A stretch of DNA of 64,000 nucleotides, from the UHGV virus genome UHGV-0038498, one strand, 5' to 3'. The notes beneath the pieces are model-generated. The model worked only from the letters and a program-made list of their open reading frames with translations. It did not search any database and was not told the origin of the DNA. Numbering within the stretch: position 1 is the first letter of the stretch; each line of letters opens with the position of its first letter. Of this stretch, positions 9,901-20,275 are shown piece after piece. Made by a program: the position numbers and the translations under genes. Source of the stretch: a virus.

Positions 9901-10891
9901 GCGTAATAGATGCAACGGAATAACCTCCACCAACTAAATCATAAACACCTTGTTTAATATATTTCAGACCAGTTACAGTGTCACCGAGAACAAGATACTT
10001 ATCACCCATTACCCCAGTATTTCCATAATCACTAGACGGGAAACCCGTAGTGAATGTACCTAATGCAAGGCTATTACGGCCAGCTATTCGGCCATCATTA
10101 CGAATACCATATTGTTTAGATTGAGGAGTATTACCAGTCCACCATGACATTTCATCAGCTTGTCCAGTCTGAGCTGTACAGATTTCATGCCACATGGTTC
10201 CGCCTGATTTAGCACGAACTTTACGAAGATAGTTTACTCCGTTAGTTTCACCGGTTCCAGGATAAACATACTGAACCAATGATTGTGAATCGTATTGTCC
10301 AAAGGCTTTAGAATCATGATTAATTAAATTAACACTAATAGTTGGTGTACTAATAGAAGTTAAAGCAGTTAACTTGCGTGCCTGGAAAATACCACCATCA
10401 GTAGAAATGAAATGAAATTCTGAATTTTGAGCCCCTGCTGCGGTTCCTTGACGAACACGCATTGTGATTACGCCTTCATTTTCAGACTGTGGTTTTGAAT
10501 ATAAAACACCTCTCTCCGATCCATCTGTATTTTCAAACCAAAGATGGGCATTGGAAGTATCATTTGTTGCTCTTGCGTAAAATGACCCTCGCATAGATCT
10601 GAAAACTTTTGCAGTTATGCCATCAGTAGAACCAATAGGTCCATTTACGGTCATTCCACCTGTTTGTACATAATCGCCATTTAACCTCAAAAGACCATTG
10701 ATAGTTACATTTCCATCAATTTGACCGCCTTTAGCAATACCTAGATCAATAATATTTCCTGAATCATCTTTAGTAAAAATTGTTCTATCTTTTAAGTTTA
10801 TAGCCAATTCACCTTCGGCTAATACTGAAGCAGCAGGACGTGCACCTGCGGTTTTGCTTCTTTTAAATTGTATTTGTTTTAAAGTAGCCAT
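6908..10891 (-). CDS. 37: long tail fibre distal subunit gp37 (with C-terminal intramolecular-chaperone-like domain)
   Basis: 1327-aa ORF, N-terminus [33 protein letters not shown]... typical of gp37; position between 36 and 38. Confidence 0.9.
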   Translation of the reverse strand: MATLKQIQFKRSKTAGARPAASVLAEGELAINLKDRTIFTKDDSGNIIDLGIAKGGQIDGNVTINGLLRLNGDYVQTGGMTVNGPIGSTDGITAKVFRSMRGSFYARATNDTSNAHLWFENTDGSERGVLYSKPQSENEGVITMRVRQGTAAGAQNSEFHFISTDGGIFQARKLTALTSISTPTISVNLINHDSKAFGQYDSQSLVQYVYPGTGETNGVNYLRKVRAKSGGTMWHEICTAQTGQADEMSWWTGNTPQSKQYGIRNDGRIAGRNSLALGTFTTGFPSSDYGNTGVMGDKYLVLGDTVTGLKYIKQGVYDLVGGGYSVASITPDSFRSTRKGIFGRSEDQGTTWTMPGTNVAFLSVQTQADENTAGDGQTHIGYNSGGKMNHYFRGKGKTNINTQEGMEVNPGILKIVTGANNVMFYADGGITSTKQLSIYNGVYLAANNSTAGLTFAPTTTVDGTKQILWEGGTRAGQNKSYVTVKAWGNSFNASGDRSRETVFEVSDGQGYHFYSQRVAPGSGSTVGPIQFRVNGGLLTSGSIVASGSITTESSLNVNNGLSVNGQAKFGGTADALRIWNAEYGAIFRRSEASLHIIPTPKDAGESGGISNLRPLSISLNNGMVQMRHSVTLGDDGRGGNMITVDNDNKLVVVTSHSRISPNYRMQLGQSSYIDVECTDAVRPAGAGSFASQNNENVRAPFYMNINRTDTSTYVPIVKQRYVQNNSCYSIGTLINGGNFRVHYHEGGDGGSTGAIIKDLGWEFNKNGDFYSPGKLGAGNVRIGTDGNITGGSLPNFANLNSTLDRKVNTRMVSYSGTGGWYKLATVTMPQSTSTIKFEISGGNGYNVSTPHQCVISQIVLRTSNNNPKGINAVVWSLDVAQGIKNVATVNTSGDVYDIYVNVGTYAQALAVSYYATPNANVNQIFASDSSGATETAVELPETAIQGQVASILNNLQKTPNGPKRYVAESEIAINNQTGIRITSNSDRSGSNSVLFRNDGGNFYILLTDKNSSDGDNKATEGDWNGKRPFSIDMTAGTVRLGENTSFDKDITINGNINSRVKAAGQWSVSFSAISNVTRDNSAFLANTGGISKTSQAYYPLFSGYSFLTDAGYRQSFEFGWLGVSGTWRQGIIRMRGDNPSGQQARWTFDMDGTFYAPILSCGSARAFGVNTSNGWGGNSIAIGDSDTGFRQVGDGLLEAWANNVKVVRFTSSEVYSEKNVNAPNVYIRSDVRLKSNFKPIKNALERVEQLDGLIYDKAEYIGGEPVQTEAGIIAQTLQDVLPEAVHETEDSKGNKILTVSSQAQIALLVEAVKTLSSRVKELESKLM
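6911..7207 (-). other. C-terminal ~99-aa intramolecular chaperone / autoproteolytic domain of gp37 (S74-like)
   Basis: SDVRLK motif followed by a helical C-terminal tail ending ...VKELESKLM, resembling self-cleaving tail-fibre chaperone domains. Confidence 0.5.
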
Positions 10892-10899
10892 AAGTCCTC

Positions 10900-11565
10900 T
10901 TAATAATAGCCGAAATCTTGAACAGAATCCTTAATTACGATTTGGTCAAATCGCGGAACGTGTGAAGGTTGAGACGCAGGATTCTGCGAGAAAAAGTTTG
11001 GTGCGGTTAAGTTTCCAGTCATAGTGTCTCCTTTACGGAAAACTCTAGAATCCGCATTTGCCGTAACAGTATTTATTGCTCCATCAACATAGTCCTTTCT
11101 AGTAAGGTCATTCACTGCTATAGGAGCAGCCGCATCACTTCTTACTTGACCAGCTGCTGACACAACACCTTTTGTGTTAATATCACCATTACGTGTGTTA
11201 ATTACCACAGTTCGAGCTGCTGAACCTTGTGATGATTTAAAACCAATACCATACCATGAAACAATATCAATATTTGCTGTAGCAAAAGTTGCTGCATCGC
11301 CATTACCTGGATAAATACCGCACGGGTTTGTATTGTTTACAGCATATGGTACTTGAACACCAGCATTAAATGTTACCTTTGACGCAAAAGTACCACCATT
11401 AGCTTTAGAAACGAAATCGTTATCAACAGCTTGTGGTTTATTATATTCTGAATATATTTTAAATGATTTATAGAGTACATCGTCACCGGCTGGATTCAAT
11501 GGAAAATTTCCTTGATGCCAAATGACAGAGCCTCCAGTTGTTGAACCTACTTTTAAATCAGCCAT
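10900..11565 (-). CDS. 36: long tail fibre hinge connector gp36
   Basis: 221-aa ORF in conserved 34-35-36-37 order; length as T4 gp36. Confidence 0.85.
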   Translation of the reverse strand: MADLKVGSTTGGSVIWHQGNFPLNPAGDDVLYKSFKIYSEYNKPQAVDNDFVSKANGGTFASKVTFNAGVQVPYAVNNTNPCGIYPGNGDAATFATANIDIVSWYGIGFKSSQGSAARTVVINTRNGDINTKGVVSAAGQVRSDAAAPIAVNDLTRKDYVDGAINTVTANADSRVFRKGDTMTGNLTAPNFFSQNPASQPSHVPRFDQIVIKDSVQDFGYY

Positions 11566-11588
11566 TGTATGCCCCTTTATTTTAATAG

Positions 11589-11596
11589 TATTTATA
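11589..11596 (-). promoter_or_regulatory. late promoter (TATAAATA) for gene 36-37-38
   Basis: Exact TATAAATA on the - strand 24-31 nt upstream of the gene 36 ATG. Confidence 0.65.
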
Positions 11597-11622
11597 AAGA
11601 AAAAGGGAACCCGAAGGCTCCC
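11597..11622 (-). terminator. terminator/attenuator hairpin downstream of gene 35
   Basis: On the - strand transcript GGGAGCC-uucg-GGUUCCC pairs fully (one G-U), followed by a U-run; the + strand version has an A-C mismatch. Confidence 0.55.
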
Positions 11623-11627
11623 TCAAT

Positions 11628-12743
11628 TTATACTTCTCTAAATTCTTGCCCAAACACTTTACCAGTTTTAGACGATGCTTGCGTAGGAAGTACCATTATA
11701 TCCGGAGGTGAAGCAGATTCACAGATATAATTAACACGAATGCCATTGACGCCAAATTCAGCGGGTTTCGAAATACCTCCATTTCTTGACACTTCAGAAA
11801 AGCTTAAATTTCTCATGCCACCTTGACCAGCTTGTGCTGTTCTTTGTGCATATATCGTAAATCCTACAGCGTTTTCTGGAACAACTACATAATCTTCCTT
11901 TAATTCCCAAGACCCAGCTTGCCCGGTAAACTCAGCTTGCGTCGAGGAAATATATCCATTAGATGCGTTATAAAAACGGATGGATATATTTGTAGTTCCA
12001 AGAGCAAGTAAATCGGCATCAGCATATAACTGTGCTTTAAGATAAAGAACATCGCCAGGGATTAAATTATAGTCAGATAATTTACTTATAGCAGCCGAAG
12101 TCGGTAGACGTGCAATTTCGTTATTAGTTCCACCAACTGCCGACATAAATTGCTCAACGCTTTCGTATGTTCTTTTAGGAAATCCCGTAGCTCCAACGTC
12201 TTCTAAACTGTCAAATACAACATCTAAAATAGTTTGATAGTCATCTGTGCTTTTTCTATTACTTAGTTTAACATGCTCCAATGCAATAGCTCTTTTAGAA
12301 GAAGTGTAAAAAGCAGCATATGATACGTCAAATCTTGACAATATAGAATCAGATGGAAAAGCAGACGTTCCTGCGGTTCTCAACCAAGATACTACTTCAG
12401 GAGGAAAATTAACCTTTCCGCTAGTTAATATAGCAACAAGTCTGTTATTCGTCAAAGAATTCATGAAACTAACAAAAGCAGCCGATGTAGTATCATTTGA
12501 AGCCGAAAAAGCATATGACTTACTATCAACTAATGCTCCGGTGGAAGGGTCAAAAACTCTTAAATGAAGTCCTGCGCTAAATGTTTGACTTCCAACAGGA
12601 TTATCCTGAAATTTAACATATGGTCCTGCCGTAGAAAGCGGGCAAGAACCCGCTATACTTATTTTATATCTTACTGAATTACTTTCCGATAAAAATGGCG
12701 TTTGGACATATCCTTGTCCAAACTCTGCCATAAATTTTTCCAT
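11628..12743 (-). CDS. 35: long tail fibre proximal connector (kneecap) gp35
   Basis: 371-aa ORF; conserved position and length. Confidence 0.85.
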   Translation of the reverse strand: MEKFMAEFGQGYVQTPFLSESNSVRYKISIAGSCPLSTAGPYVKFQDNPVGSQTFSAGLHLRVFDPSTGALVDSKSYAFSASNDTTSAAFVSFMNSLTNNRLVAILTSGKVNFPPEVVSWLRTAGTSAFPSDSILSRFDVSYAAFYTSSKRAIALEHVKLSNRKSTDDYQTILDVVFDSLEDVGATGFPKRTYESVEQFMSAVGGTNNEIARLPTSAAISKLSDYNLIPGDVLYLKAQLYADADLLALGTTNISIRFYNASNGYISSTQAEFTGQAGSWELKEDYVVVPENAVGFTIYAQRTAQAGQGGMRNLSFSEVSRNGGISKPAEFGVNGIRVNYICESASPPDIMVLPTQASSKTGKVFGQEFREV

Positions 12744-12751
12744 AATACCTC

Positions 12752-15700
12752 TTATTCAATCCATTCAAATTTAACAGATTTATTCACTGGGTCAGGAATA
12801 ATGCGAACATTACCAATTCGTAAGAAATCACGAATAGTAAGATTCCCCATTGTAGCATTATCAGATGGTAAAGCACCGATATCAGACGGCTGAGGAGGGT
12901 TACCTCCATCAAATACCTGAACAAAACTCGACCAAGAGTTTTTGGTTTTCTGCCATGTACGCGTCCAGCGAGTGGTACGTGCTTCTGGAGTCGTTGGATA
13001 AGTAATCCAATCTTGGTAAAGCGAATCAAGTGTGTTACCAAACTGAGTCAATGTACCAGGAGATTTAACTTCTTCACCACGTTCTAAGTATGGAAGTCCA
13101 GTCACTTCATTAGTTTTTTCAACCATTTTAAAATAACCTGGGAACTGGTTATAAGTAGCTGAATCATTAATGTCAATTGACCAGAATCCTACAGTATCAG
13201 ATGTTGGCGCACGGGTATATAAGTCAGATGTTTTAGTGCCCTGAGAACGAATTCTCGAGTTAACAGTTAAACCACCTGAATTTATAGTAGCACCTTTGGC
13301 AATGATTAAGCTTTCACCAATCGTTACTTGACCGGATGCATTGTTAATAGCTAAAGGACGTAATCCATTAAATCCGCCAGTCTGATCACCCGATGCAGTA
13401 AGCATAAAATAGGTGTTAGCAGCATCATTACGAATAAAGAATCCATAGTCGCCATTTATTGCTCTGAAAGCATTTGCAGACTTGCTGATGAATTCACCAT
13501 TGGCTGTAACTGAACTACCAAATGTTGCAACGCCGTTCGCATTCAAAGAACCCGAAGCATTAACATTTATTGGCATTACAGTACCATTGATACTAAACGT
13601 TATATTCCCAGCTTTATTGCGTTGAGAATAAAAGTGATTAGACGTTTCATCACCAACTTCAAATACAGTAGAACGTGTTGTATCTGAACCGCCACCAAAC
13701 TGATTTCCCCAAACTCTGATAGTCATCGTCTGTACTGGGTTAGTTCCAGTTTGAGGTCCTTTCTCAAAAATCAGACGAGTTGCTGTTCCAGTATTAGAAA
13801 TAGTTAATGTGCTGTTTGCCGAAACTGATCCGCCAAACGTAGCAGTACTAGATGATACAAGAGGGGCACTCAGATTCGTTTGTTGGGTTAAGGTTAGTGA
13901 ACCATTAACCGTCTGTGCAATATCCCTACGAATGAATTGAGATGAATCTAGACCATCCAATAAATTTGTATCAGCAGCTTTTGCTTTTAATGGCAAATAA
14001 TTTGCTAATACACGGTTTAATTCGTATGGTGATACTGCATAGCTATTTTTCTCGTATAATTCTAATGACTGGGTTGAACCAACTGTATCATTACCAACGA
14101 ATGTAATTGAACCAGATGAAGTTTTAACAAAGCCTCTTATCGCAGTAGTAGCTGCCCAAGTAGGTTCACTCTGCACAATCCATTTTAAATTTTTTGGAGA
14201 TACAGCAGTATTTGCTGACGTTCCAGTAACAGTTTCAGACTGGGTTGCAACTTTAATAACACCTTCCTGCGCTTCAGTAGATTTAGTACCTAAAAGCTTT
14301 TTAGGAGTTATTAAAACATTATCTAATGTTCCTGCAGCAGCTTCAACTTGTGTAGCCACACGAAGTGTACCACGCTGTGTCTCATTTGCTTCAAGAATAT
14401 TAAGGGTATAATGGTCCCAGAGAGTTCCTGATTCAACTAATCCAGATAGAGCAACAACAGAAGTACGATCAGTACTATTAAATCTAGTTTTAATTTTTAA
14501 TGGTGTAGAGATACGAGTATCGTCGACGCCTGCGTCGAATTCAACTTGTGTAGCAATTTCAGCTATACCACTTAAACTTTCAGTTGCTCTACGGTCATTT
14601 AAAGTTTTAGGAGTGACTGCACGAGTATAATCAGTTCCTGTATTAACTTCACTTTGTGTAGCAATTTCAATTAAACCAATTCTTCCATCAGTTGATGTCT
14701 TTTTATGTAACGTTTCTGGCGTTACAACCGCATTTGCCCATCCTTCTTGACTCTGTCCAGCAATTACTTCACTTTCAACTGCTAAAATTACTGCACCTTG
14801 TTGCGTTGGAGTAGCTTTATACTGATCCAGAGCTTTAGGCGAAACAACTAAATTATTAGTGTTTTTATTATAAACGTTTGTACCATTTAATTCACGACTA
14901 GAAGCTGGAGTAGCTCCTGCGGTAGATACAAAGGTTACAATACCAGATAATGACTCAGAACCTTGACGAGCTTGAAGCTTTTTAGGAGTGATGATTGTAG
15001 TATCATCAGTACCTGCATTAGTTTCCTGTTGCGTAGCAATTTCAGCAACACCTCTACGAGTTTCTGTAGCAGTTCTTTCATTCAGCTTTTTAGGAGTGAT
15101 GATAATATCATCAGCAAAAGAGAATGTGGTGTTCTGATTCACTTGAGCAGTAGTTGCTATTCTTGCGATACCTCTACGAGTTTCTGTAGCAGTACGGTTA
15201 GCTAATGTTTCTGGAGTAATTGCTAATTCTTTTTGTGGAGAATTTTCTAAATCGACATTAGCTTGCGCTTGTGTAGCTAAAGCAATCACGCCTAATCTTG
15301 CTCTAGTAGAATCGTTTAAAGAATCAACTCTTTCTACGGTTGGAACGTTTTGTTGTACAACCCAGTATTTTCCATCAGAATCTTCTATATAAGCAAGTTG
15401 TAAAACTGGAACATAATTAGTTTCACCGTTAAAAACTAATTCTTGGACAGTCACCCATTCAGCTTCAGGTGGATACTCTGAACGTTTTGGGAATTGCAGC
15501 AATTGAACTGAAGAAGCAATTTTATCTTCACCGGCAGCTTTGATTTTAACTGTTTGTCCTTTTCTCATGTAATTCATGGAAATTTTAACAGTATCACCAA
15601 CAGAAATATTAGTTGGAAGCTGAAGCTCAATTGTTTGAGTTGTTCCGTTATTCGCACCAAATACCATAACTTCTTCATTTGGACGAATGTTTGAATTAGT

Positions 15701-16621
15701 CGTTATGATACGTAAACGTGCTTTACTGTCCCCGTCAAATAATCTCCACAATTTCTCATTATCATCATACATCAAGAAACCGTCAATCGATGTACGGCCT
15801 TCAATGGAATGAGTTCCATCTTCTTGCACTGATGTCGTTTCATCATATGTAGTAACAATTGTATGATAAAGAGGGTTTAATTTATCCAAATCGACGAAAT
15901 TAATAATATCGCCGTGATTAGCAAATCTCGGAAGTTTAATATTTATCGGTGCAGCAGAAGTAAATCTACGTACGATAAAATCGTTGGATTGTGCTTGATA
16001 AGTATTCGCTGGTGTTACAACTACAGCTTCTCTACTATAATCAGCTACATACATTTGCCACAGACGATTACTAAAAATTAAAACTAACTGTGACTTTGGA
16101 TGAGTCATTAGTACTGAACGTACTTGCTCGCCTCTGAAGTTTACAATACTTTGCACTGGAGCTACAATTAAAACTTGGTTAACTCCAGGTTTTCCTCCAA
16201 TATCTTGGAGAACTATAGTATCACCGTCAATTGGGGTAGATGGTAAAGTAAATGTAATATCATTACCAGCTGCAGTGTTAACCGAAATAGCTTCACCGGA
16301 TTTTAATTGATATGAACCAGATGAGACTGTAATCCAGTTAGCATCGGTACGTAATGCTCTCCAGCGTCCGCTATTAAAAGGTCCTGCCGGTTTTGGAATA
16401 TCATTTATAGCAGCCCAAAAGCGGTTATCATAAATGATTACAAAATCTTTTAAATATCCACGAGTTGGATCGTATTGTTGAACTGTGTTTTCTTGAATTA
16501 GGTAATCAACGTTAACACCGTCAGTTCCTACGGCACGATCAGCTAAAGCTACGTTGATTATTTTATCGCCACCTGCGTCCAGACCATCTTCTGCTCTGAA
16601 CTTTCTTTTAATCTCGGCCAT
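12752..16621 (-). CDS. 34: long tail fibre proximal subunit gp34
   Basis: 1289-aa ORF (same length as T4 gp34), MAEIKRKFRAEDGLDAGGDKIINVALADRAVGTDG...; internal ~27-aa tail-fibre repeats. Confidence 0.9.
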   Translation of the reverse strand: MAEIKRKFRAEDGLDAGGDKIINVALADRAVGTDGVNVDYLIQENTVQQYDPTRGYLKDFVIIYDNRFWAAINDIPKPAGPFNSGRWRALRTDANWITVSSGSYQLKSGEAISVNTAAGNDITFTLPSTPIDGDTIVLQDIGGKPGVNQVLIVAPVQSIVNFRGEQVRSVLMTHPKSQLVLIFSNRLWQMYVADYSREAVVVTPANTYQAQSNDFIVRRFTSAAPINIKLPRFANHGDIINFVDLDKLNPLYHTIVTTYDETTSVQEDGTHSIEGRTSIDGFLMYDDNEKLWRLFDGDSKARLRIITTNSNIRPNEEVMVFGANNGTTQTIELQLPTNISVGDTVKISMNYMRKGQTVKIKAAGEDKIASSVQLLQFPKRSEYPPEAEWVTVQELVFNGETNYVPVLQLAYIEDSDGKYWVVQQNVPTVERVDSLNDSTRARLGVIALATQAQANVDLENSPQKELAITPETLANRTATETRRGIARIATTAQVNQNTTFSFADDIIITPKKLNERTATETRRGVAEIATQQETNAGTDDTTIITPKKLQARQGSESLSGIVTFVSTAGATPASSRELNGTNVYNKNTNNLVVSPKALDQYKATPTQQGAVILAVESEVIAGQSQEGWANAVVTPETLHKKTSTDGRIGLIEIATQSEVNTGTDYTRAVTPKTLNDRRATESLSGIAEIATQVEFDAGVDDTRISTPLKIKTRFNSTDRTSVVALSGLVESGTLWDHYTLNILEANETQRGTLRVATQVEAAAGTLDNVLITPKKLLGTKSTEAQEGVIKVATQSETVTGTSANTAVSPKNLKWIVQSEPTWAATTAIRGFVKTSSGSITFVGNDTVGSTQSLELYEKNSYAVSPYELNRVLANYLPLKAKAADTNLLDGLDSSQFIRRDIAQTVNGSLTLTQQTNLSAPLVSSSTATFGGSVSANSTLTISNTGTATRLIFEKGPQTGTNPVQTMTIRVWGNQFGGGSDTTRSTVFEVGDETSNHFYSQRNKAGNITFSINGTVMPINVNASGSLNANGVATFGSSVTANGEFISKSANAFRAINGDYGFFIRNDAANTYFMLTASGDQTGGFNGLRPLAINNASGQVTIGESLIIAKGATINSGGLTVNSRIRSQGTKTSDLYTRAPTSDTVGFWSIDINDSATYNQFPGYFKMVEKTNEVTGLPYLERGEEVKSPGTLTQFGNTLDSLYQDWITYPTTPEARTTRWTRTWQKTKNSWSSFVQVFDGGNPPQPSDIGALPSDNATMGNLTIRDFLRIGNVRIIPDPVNKSVKFEWIE

Positions 16622-16655
16622 TCTCCCGGGCTCCTATTGTGTTTTCAATAATAAG

Positions 16656-16663
16656 TATTTATA
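16656..16663 (-). promoter_or_regulatory. late promoter (TATAAATA) for gene 34
   Basis: Exact TATAAATA on the - strand about 35 nt upstream of the gene 34 ATG. Confidence 0.65.
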
Positions 16664-16666
16664 CTT

Positions 16667-16696
16667 GTTTACTTTAAGATTCGGATGGTATATAAT
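16667..16696 (+). promoter_or_regulatory. early promoter for rnh (divergent from the gene 34 late promoter)
   Basis: GTTTAC at 16667-16672, TATAAT at 16691-16696. Confidence 0.6.
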
Positions 16697-16725
16697 AGAA
16701 ATCTCACTAATTGAACGAGGTTCAT

Positions 16726-17643
16726 ATGGATTTAGAAATGATGCTGGATGAAGATTACAAAGAAGGAATCTGCTTAATTGACTTTAGTCAAATTGCGCTT
16801 TCAACTGCTTTGGTAAACTTCCCAGATAAAGAAAAAATTAATTTATCAATGGTTCGTCATTTGATATTGAACTCAATTAAGTTTAATGTCAAAAAAGCAA
16901 AAACTCTTGGATACACTAAAATTGTACTGTGTATTGATAATGCGAAATCTGGATACTGGCGTCGTGATTTTGCTTATTATTATAAGAAAAACCGTGGAAA
17001 AGCACGAGAAGAATCTACTTGGGACTGGGAAGGTTATTTTGAATCCAGTCATAAAGTTATAGATGAATTGAAAGCTTATATGCCATACATTGTTATGGAT
17101 ATTGATAAGTATGAAGCAGATGACCATATTGCTGTTCTTGTTAAAAAGTTCTCTTTAGAAGGACATAAGATTTTAATCATTTCATCTGATGGTGACTTTA
17201 CTCAACTTCATAAATACCCAAATGTTAAGCAATGGTCACCGATGCACAAGAAATGGGTTAAAATTAAAAGCGGTTCTGCTGAAATTGACTGTATGACTAA
17301 AATCCTTAAAGGTGACAAAAAGGATAACGTTGCTTCAGTTAAAGTACGGTCTGACTTTTGGTTTACTAGAGTTGAAGGTGAACGAACTCCTTCAATGAAA
17401 ACCTCTATTGTCGAAGCTATTGCTAATGACCGCGAGCAAGCTAAGGTGCTTCTCACAGAATCTGAATATAATCGTTATAAAGAAAATTTAGTTCTAATTG
17501 ATTTTGATTATATTCCTGATAATATTGCTTCAAACATTGTGAATTACTATAATTCATATAAATTACCGCCGCGTGGCAAAATTTATTCATATTTTGTAAA
17601 AGCGGGACTTTCTAAATTAACTAATAGCATTAATGAATTTTGA
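16726..17643 (+). CDS. rnh: RNase H (5'-3' exonuclease, FEN family)
   Basis: ORF matching T4 RNase H from MDLEMMLDEDYKEGICLIDFSQIAL...; the track start at 16711 is a TTG, the ATG at 16726 fits the T4 N-terminus. Confidence 0.9.
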   Translation: MDLEMMLDEDYKEGICLIDFSQIALSTALVNFPDKEKINLSMVRHLILNSIKFNVKKAKTLGYTKIVLCIDNAKSGYWRRDFAYYYKKNRGKAREESTWDWEGYFESSHKVIDELKAYMPYIVMDIDKYEADDHIAVLVKKFSLEGHKILIISSDGDFTQLHKYPNVKQWSPMHKKWVKIKSGSAEIDCMTKILKGDKKDNVASVKVRSDFWFTRVEGERTPSMKTSIVEAIANDREQAKVLLTESEYNRYKENLVLIDFDYIPDNIASNIVNYYNSYKLPPRGKIYSYFVKAGLSKLTNSINEF

Positions 17644-17651
17644 GGTGAATA

Positions 17652-17921
17652 ATGGCTAAAAAAGAAATGGTTGAATTTGATGAAGCTATCCATGGCGAAG
17701 ACTTGGCTAAATTTATCAAAGAAGCATCTGATCATAAACTGAAAATTTCCGGTTATAATGAATTGATTAAAGACATTCGAATTCGTGCCAAAGATGAACT
17801 TGGTGTTGATGGCAAGATGTTTAATCGTCTATTAGCTTTGTATCATAAAGATAACCGTGATGTGTTTGAAGCTGAAACTGAAGAGGTAGTTGAACTTTAT
17901 GACACAGTTTTCTCTAAATGA
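17652..17921 (+). CDS. dsbA: dsDNA-binding protein DsbA
   Basis: 89-aa ORF MAKKEMVEFDEAIHGEDLAKFIKEASDHKLK... matching T4 DsbA as recalled. Confidence 0.85.
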   Translation: MAKKEMVEFDEAIHGEDLAKFIKEASDHKLKISGYNELIKDIRIRAKDELGVDGKMFNRLLALYHKDNRDVFEAETEEVVELYDTVFSK

Positions 17922-18237
17922 TATTCGTCCGGTCGATGAGACCGGTCTTTCAGAAAAAGAACTTTCAATTAAGAAAGAAAAGGATGAAATTGCAAAGCTT
18001 CTTGACCGCCAAGAAAATGGATTTATTATTGAAAAAATGGTAGAAGAGTTTGGAATGAGTTATCTTGAAGCTACAACAGCGTTCTTAGAAGAAAATTCTA
18101 TTCCTGAAACTCAATTTGCTAAATTTATTCCTTCGGGTATAATTGAAAAAATTCAGTCAGAAGCTATCGACGAAAATCTTTTACGTCCTTCTGTTGTTCG
18201 TTGTGAAAAAACTAATACATTAGATTTTCTACTATGA
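17899..18237 (+). CDS. 33: late transcription co-activator gp33
   Basis: 112 aa from MTQFSLNDIRPVDETGL... matching T4 gp33; track start 17890 is TTG, ATG at 17899. Confidence 0.85.
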   Translation: MTQFSLNDIRPVDETGLSEKELSIKKEKDEIAKLLDRQENGFIIEKMVEEFGMSYLEATTAFLEENSIPETQFAKFIPSGIIEKIQSEAIDENLLRPSVVRCEKTNTLDFLL

Positions 18238-18887
18238 TTAAACTCCGCATGCCTGCTGATGGTGAAAGATACATTGATGGTAAATCAGTTTATAAATTAT
18301 ACTTAATGATAAAACAGCATATGAATGGAAAGTATGATGTAATTAAGTATAATTGGTGCATGCGGGTGTCTGATGCCGCTTATCAAAAGCGAAGGGATAA
18401 GTATTTTTTCCAGAAGTTATCAGAAAAATATAAATTAAAGGAACTTGCTTTAATCTTTATAAGCAATCTGGTTGCTAACCAAGATGCTTGGATTGGTGAC
18501 ATCTCTGACGCTGATGCACTTGTGTTTTATCGTGAATATATCGGACGCTTAAAGCAAATTAAATTTAAGTTTGAAGAAGATATTCGCAACATTTATTATT
18601 TTAGTAAAAAAGTTGAAGTTTCTGCTTTTAAAGAAATCTTTGAGTATAATCCAAAAGTCCAATCGAGTTATATTTTTAAACTACTTCAATCGAATATAAT
18701 TTCGTTTGAGACGTTTATCCTGCTTGATTCGTTTTTAAATATAATCGATAAACATGATGAACAGACTGATAATTTAGTCTGGAATAATTATTCTATAAAG
18801 TTAAAGGCTTATAGAAAAATTTTAAATATTGATTCACAGAAAGCTAAAAGTGTTTTCATTGAAACTGTGAAATCTTGCAAGTATTAA
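18234..18887 (+). CDS. 59: helicase loader gp59
   Basis: 217-aa ORF MIKLRMPADGERYIDGKSVYKLYLMIKQH... matching T4 gp59. Confidence 0.9.
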   Translation: MIKLRMPADGERYIDGKSVYKLYLMIKQHMNGKYDVIKYNWCMRVSDAAYQKRRDKYFFQKLSEKYKLKELALIFISNLVANQDAWIGDISDADALVFYREYIGRLKQIKFKFEEDIRNIYYFSKKVEVSAFKEIFEYNPKVQSSYIFKLLQSNIISFETFILLDSFLNIIDKHDEQTDNLVWNNYSIKLKAYRKILNIDSQKAKSVFIETVKSCKY

Positions 18888-18895
18888 TTGCTTAT

Positions 18896-18903
18896 TATAA
18901 ATA
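18896..18903 (+). promoter_or_regulatory. late promoter (TATAAATA) upstream of gene 32
   Basis: Exact TATAAATA about 85 nt upstream of the gene 32 ATG. Confidence 0.55.
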
Positions 18904-18919
18904 GATTATAATTATCTCA

Positions 18920-18986
18920 CTGACCAGCTATGAGGTAAAGTGTCATAGCACCAACTGTTAATTAATTAAATCAAAAAGGAAATAAA
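18920..18986 (+). promoter_or_regulatory. gene 32 translational operator (hairpin/pseudoknot plus A/U-rich tract)
   Basis: 7-bp stem GCTATGA...TCATAGC (18927-18949) with loop able to pair downstream, then unstructured TTAATTAATTAAATCAAAAAGGAAATAAA leader up to the ATG. Confidence 0.55.
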
Positions 18987-19895
18987 ATGTTTAAACGTAA
19001 ATCTACTGCTGAACTCGCTGCACAAATGGCTAAACTGGCTGGAAATAAAGGTGGTTTTTCTTCTGAAGATAAAGGCGAGTGGAAACTGAAACTCGACAAT
19101 GCGGGTAACGGTCAAGCAGTAATTCGTTTTCTTCCGTCTAAAAATGATGAACAAGCACCATTTGCACTTCTTGTAAATCACGGTTTCAAGAAAAATGGTA
19201 AATGGTATATCGAAACATGCTCATCTACCTACGGTGATTACGATTCTTGTCCAGTATGTCAGTACATCAGTAAAAATGATTTGTATAACACTGACAATAA
19301 AGAGTACGGTCTTGTTAAACGTAAAACTTCTTACTGGGCTAACATTCTTGTAGTAAAAGACCCGGCTGCTCCAGAAAATGAAGGTAAAGTATTTAAATAC
19401 CGTTTCGGTAAGAAAATCTGGGATAAAATCAATGCAATGATTGCAGTTGATGTTGAAATGGGTGAAACTCCGGTTGATGTAACTTGTCCGTGGGAAGGTG
19501 CTAACTTTGTACTGAAAGTTAAACAAGTTTCTGGTTTTAGTAACTACGACGAATCTAAATTCCTGAATCAATCTGCGATTCCAAACATTGATGATGAATC
19601 TTTCCAGAAAGAACTGTTCGAACAAATGGTTGACCTTTCTGAAATGACTTCTAAAGATAAATTCAAATCGTTTGAAGAACTGAGCACTAAGTTCAGTCAA
19701 GTTATGGGAACTGCTGCTATGGGTGGTGCCGCAGCGACTGCCGCTAAGAAAGCTGATAAAGTTGCTGATGATTTGGATGCATTCAATGTTGATGACTTCA
19801 ATACAAAAACTGAAGATGATTTTATGAGCTCAAGCTCTGGCAGTTCATCTAGTGCTGATGACACGGACCTGGATGACCTTTTGAATGACCTTTAA
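18987..19895 (+). CDS. 32: single-stranded DNA-binding protein gp32
   Basis: 302-aa [55 protein letters not shown]... with acidic Ser/Asp-rich C-terminus; matches T4 gp32. Confidence 0.95.
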   Translation: MFKRKSTAELAAQMAKLAGNKGGFSSEDKGEWKLKLDNAGNGQAVIRFLPSKNDEQAPFALLVNHGFKKNGKWYIETCSSTYGDYDSCPVCQYISKNDLYNTDNKEYGLVKRKTSYWANILVVKDPAAPENEGKVFKYRFGKKIWDKINAMIAVDVEMGETPVDVTCPWEGANFVLKVKQVSGFSNYDESKFLNQSAIPNIDDESFQKELFEQMVDLSEMTSKDKFKSFEELSTKFSQVMGTAAMGGAAATAAKKADKVADDLDAFNVDDFNTKTEDDFMSSSSGSSSSADDTDLDDLLNDL

Positions 19896-19917
19896 TAGAT
19901 TATATTACTAATTAATT

Positions 19918-19943
19918 GGGGACCCTAGAGGTCCCCTTTTTTT
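19918..19943 (+). terminator. rho-independent terminator after gene 32
   Basis: GGGGACC-ctaga-GGTCCCC hairpin followed by TTTTTTT. Confidence 0.75.
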
Positions 19944-20007
19944 ATTTCAAAATTTTTTCACAAAACGGTTTACATACCACAAGGACTGTGGTACTATACA
20001 ACTATCA
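19937..20007 (+). repeat. terminator-proximal early-promoter cassette, copy B
   Basis: Near-identical to 2568-2638; only the -35/-10 spacer differs. Confidence 0.7.
19968..19997 (+). promoter_or_regulatory. early promoter (copy of the motA-upstream cassette)
   Basis: GTTTAC at 19968-19973, TACTAT at 19992-19997; flanks near-identical to 2568-2638. Confidence 0.6.
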
Positions 20008-20040
20008 GCAATACTGCTGATGATTAAAGAGGAAAATAAT

Positions 20041-20268
20041 ATGGCTAAAGTTGATATTGACATCGTTGATTTTGAATATATTGAAGAAATTATTCGTAAT
20101 CGTTATCCTGAACTTAGTATCACAAGCGTGCAAGATTCTAAGTTTTGGAGTATTCAAATCGTTATTGAAGGTCCTCTTGAAGACCTCACCCGCTTTATGG
20201 CTAATGAATATTGTGATGGCATGGATTCTGAAGACGCAGAATTTTACATGGGACTGATTGAACAATAA
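20041..20268 (+). CDS. hypothetical protein (frd.3-like position)
   Basis: ATG at 20041 preceded by AAAGAGGA RBS; the track start 20020 is upstream of the RBS. Confidence 0.5.
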   Translation: MAKVDIDIVDFEYIEEIIRNRYPELSITSVQDSKFWSIQIVIEGPLEDLTRFMANEYCDGMDSEDAEFYMGLIEQ

Positions 20269-20275
20269 TTATCAA

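Noticed and set aside
7617-15205. Embedded ORFs (7617-7886 +, 9727-9933 -, 12784-13041 -, 14963-15205 +) within tail-fibre genes 37 and 34
   Set aside because: Overlapped entirely by long, well-supported tail-fibre ORFs; the 14963-15205 frame is an artefact of the gp34 internal repeats.
16711-16725. Track start codons for rnh (16711), gp33 (17890), td (22366), denA (28104), rnlA (28555), uvsW.1 (54173) and others
   Set aside because: These are upstream TTG/GTG or RBS-less ATG codons; the internal ATGs with proper RBS reproduce the T4 N-termini, so starts were moved.
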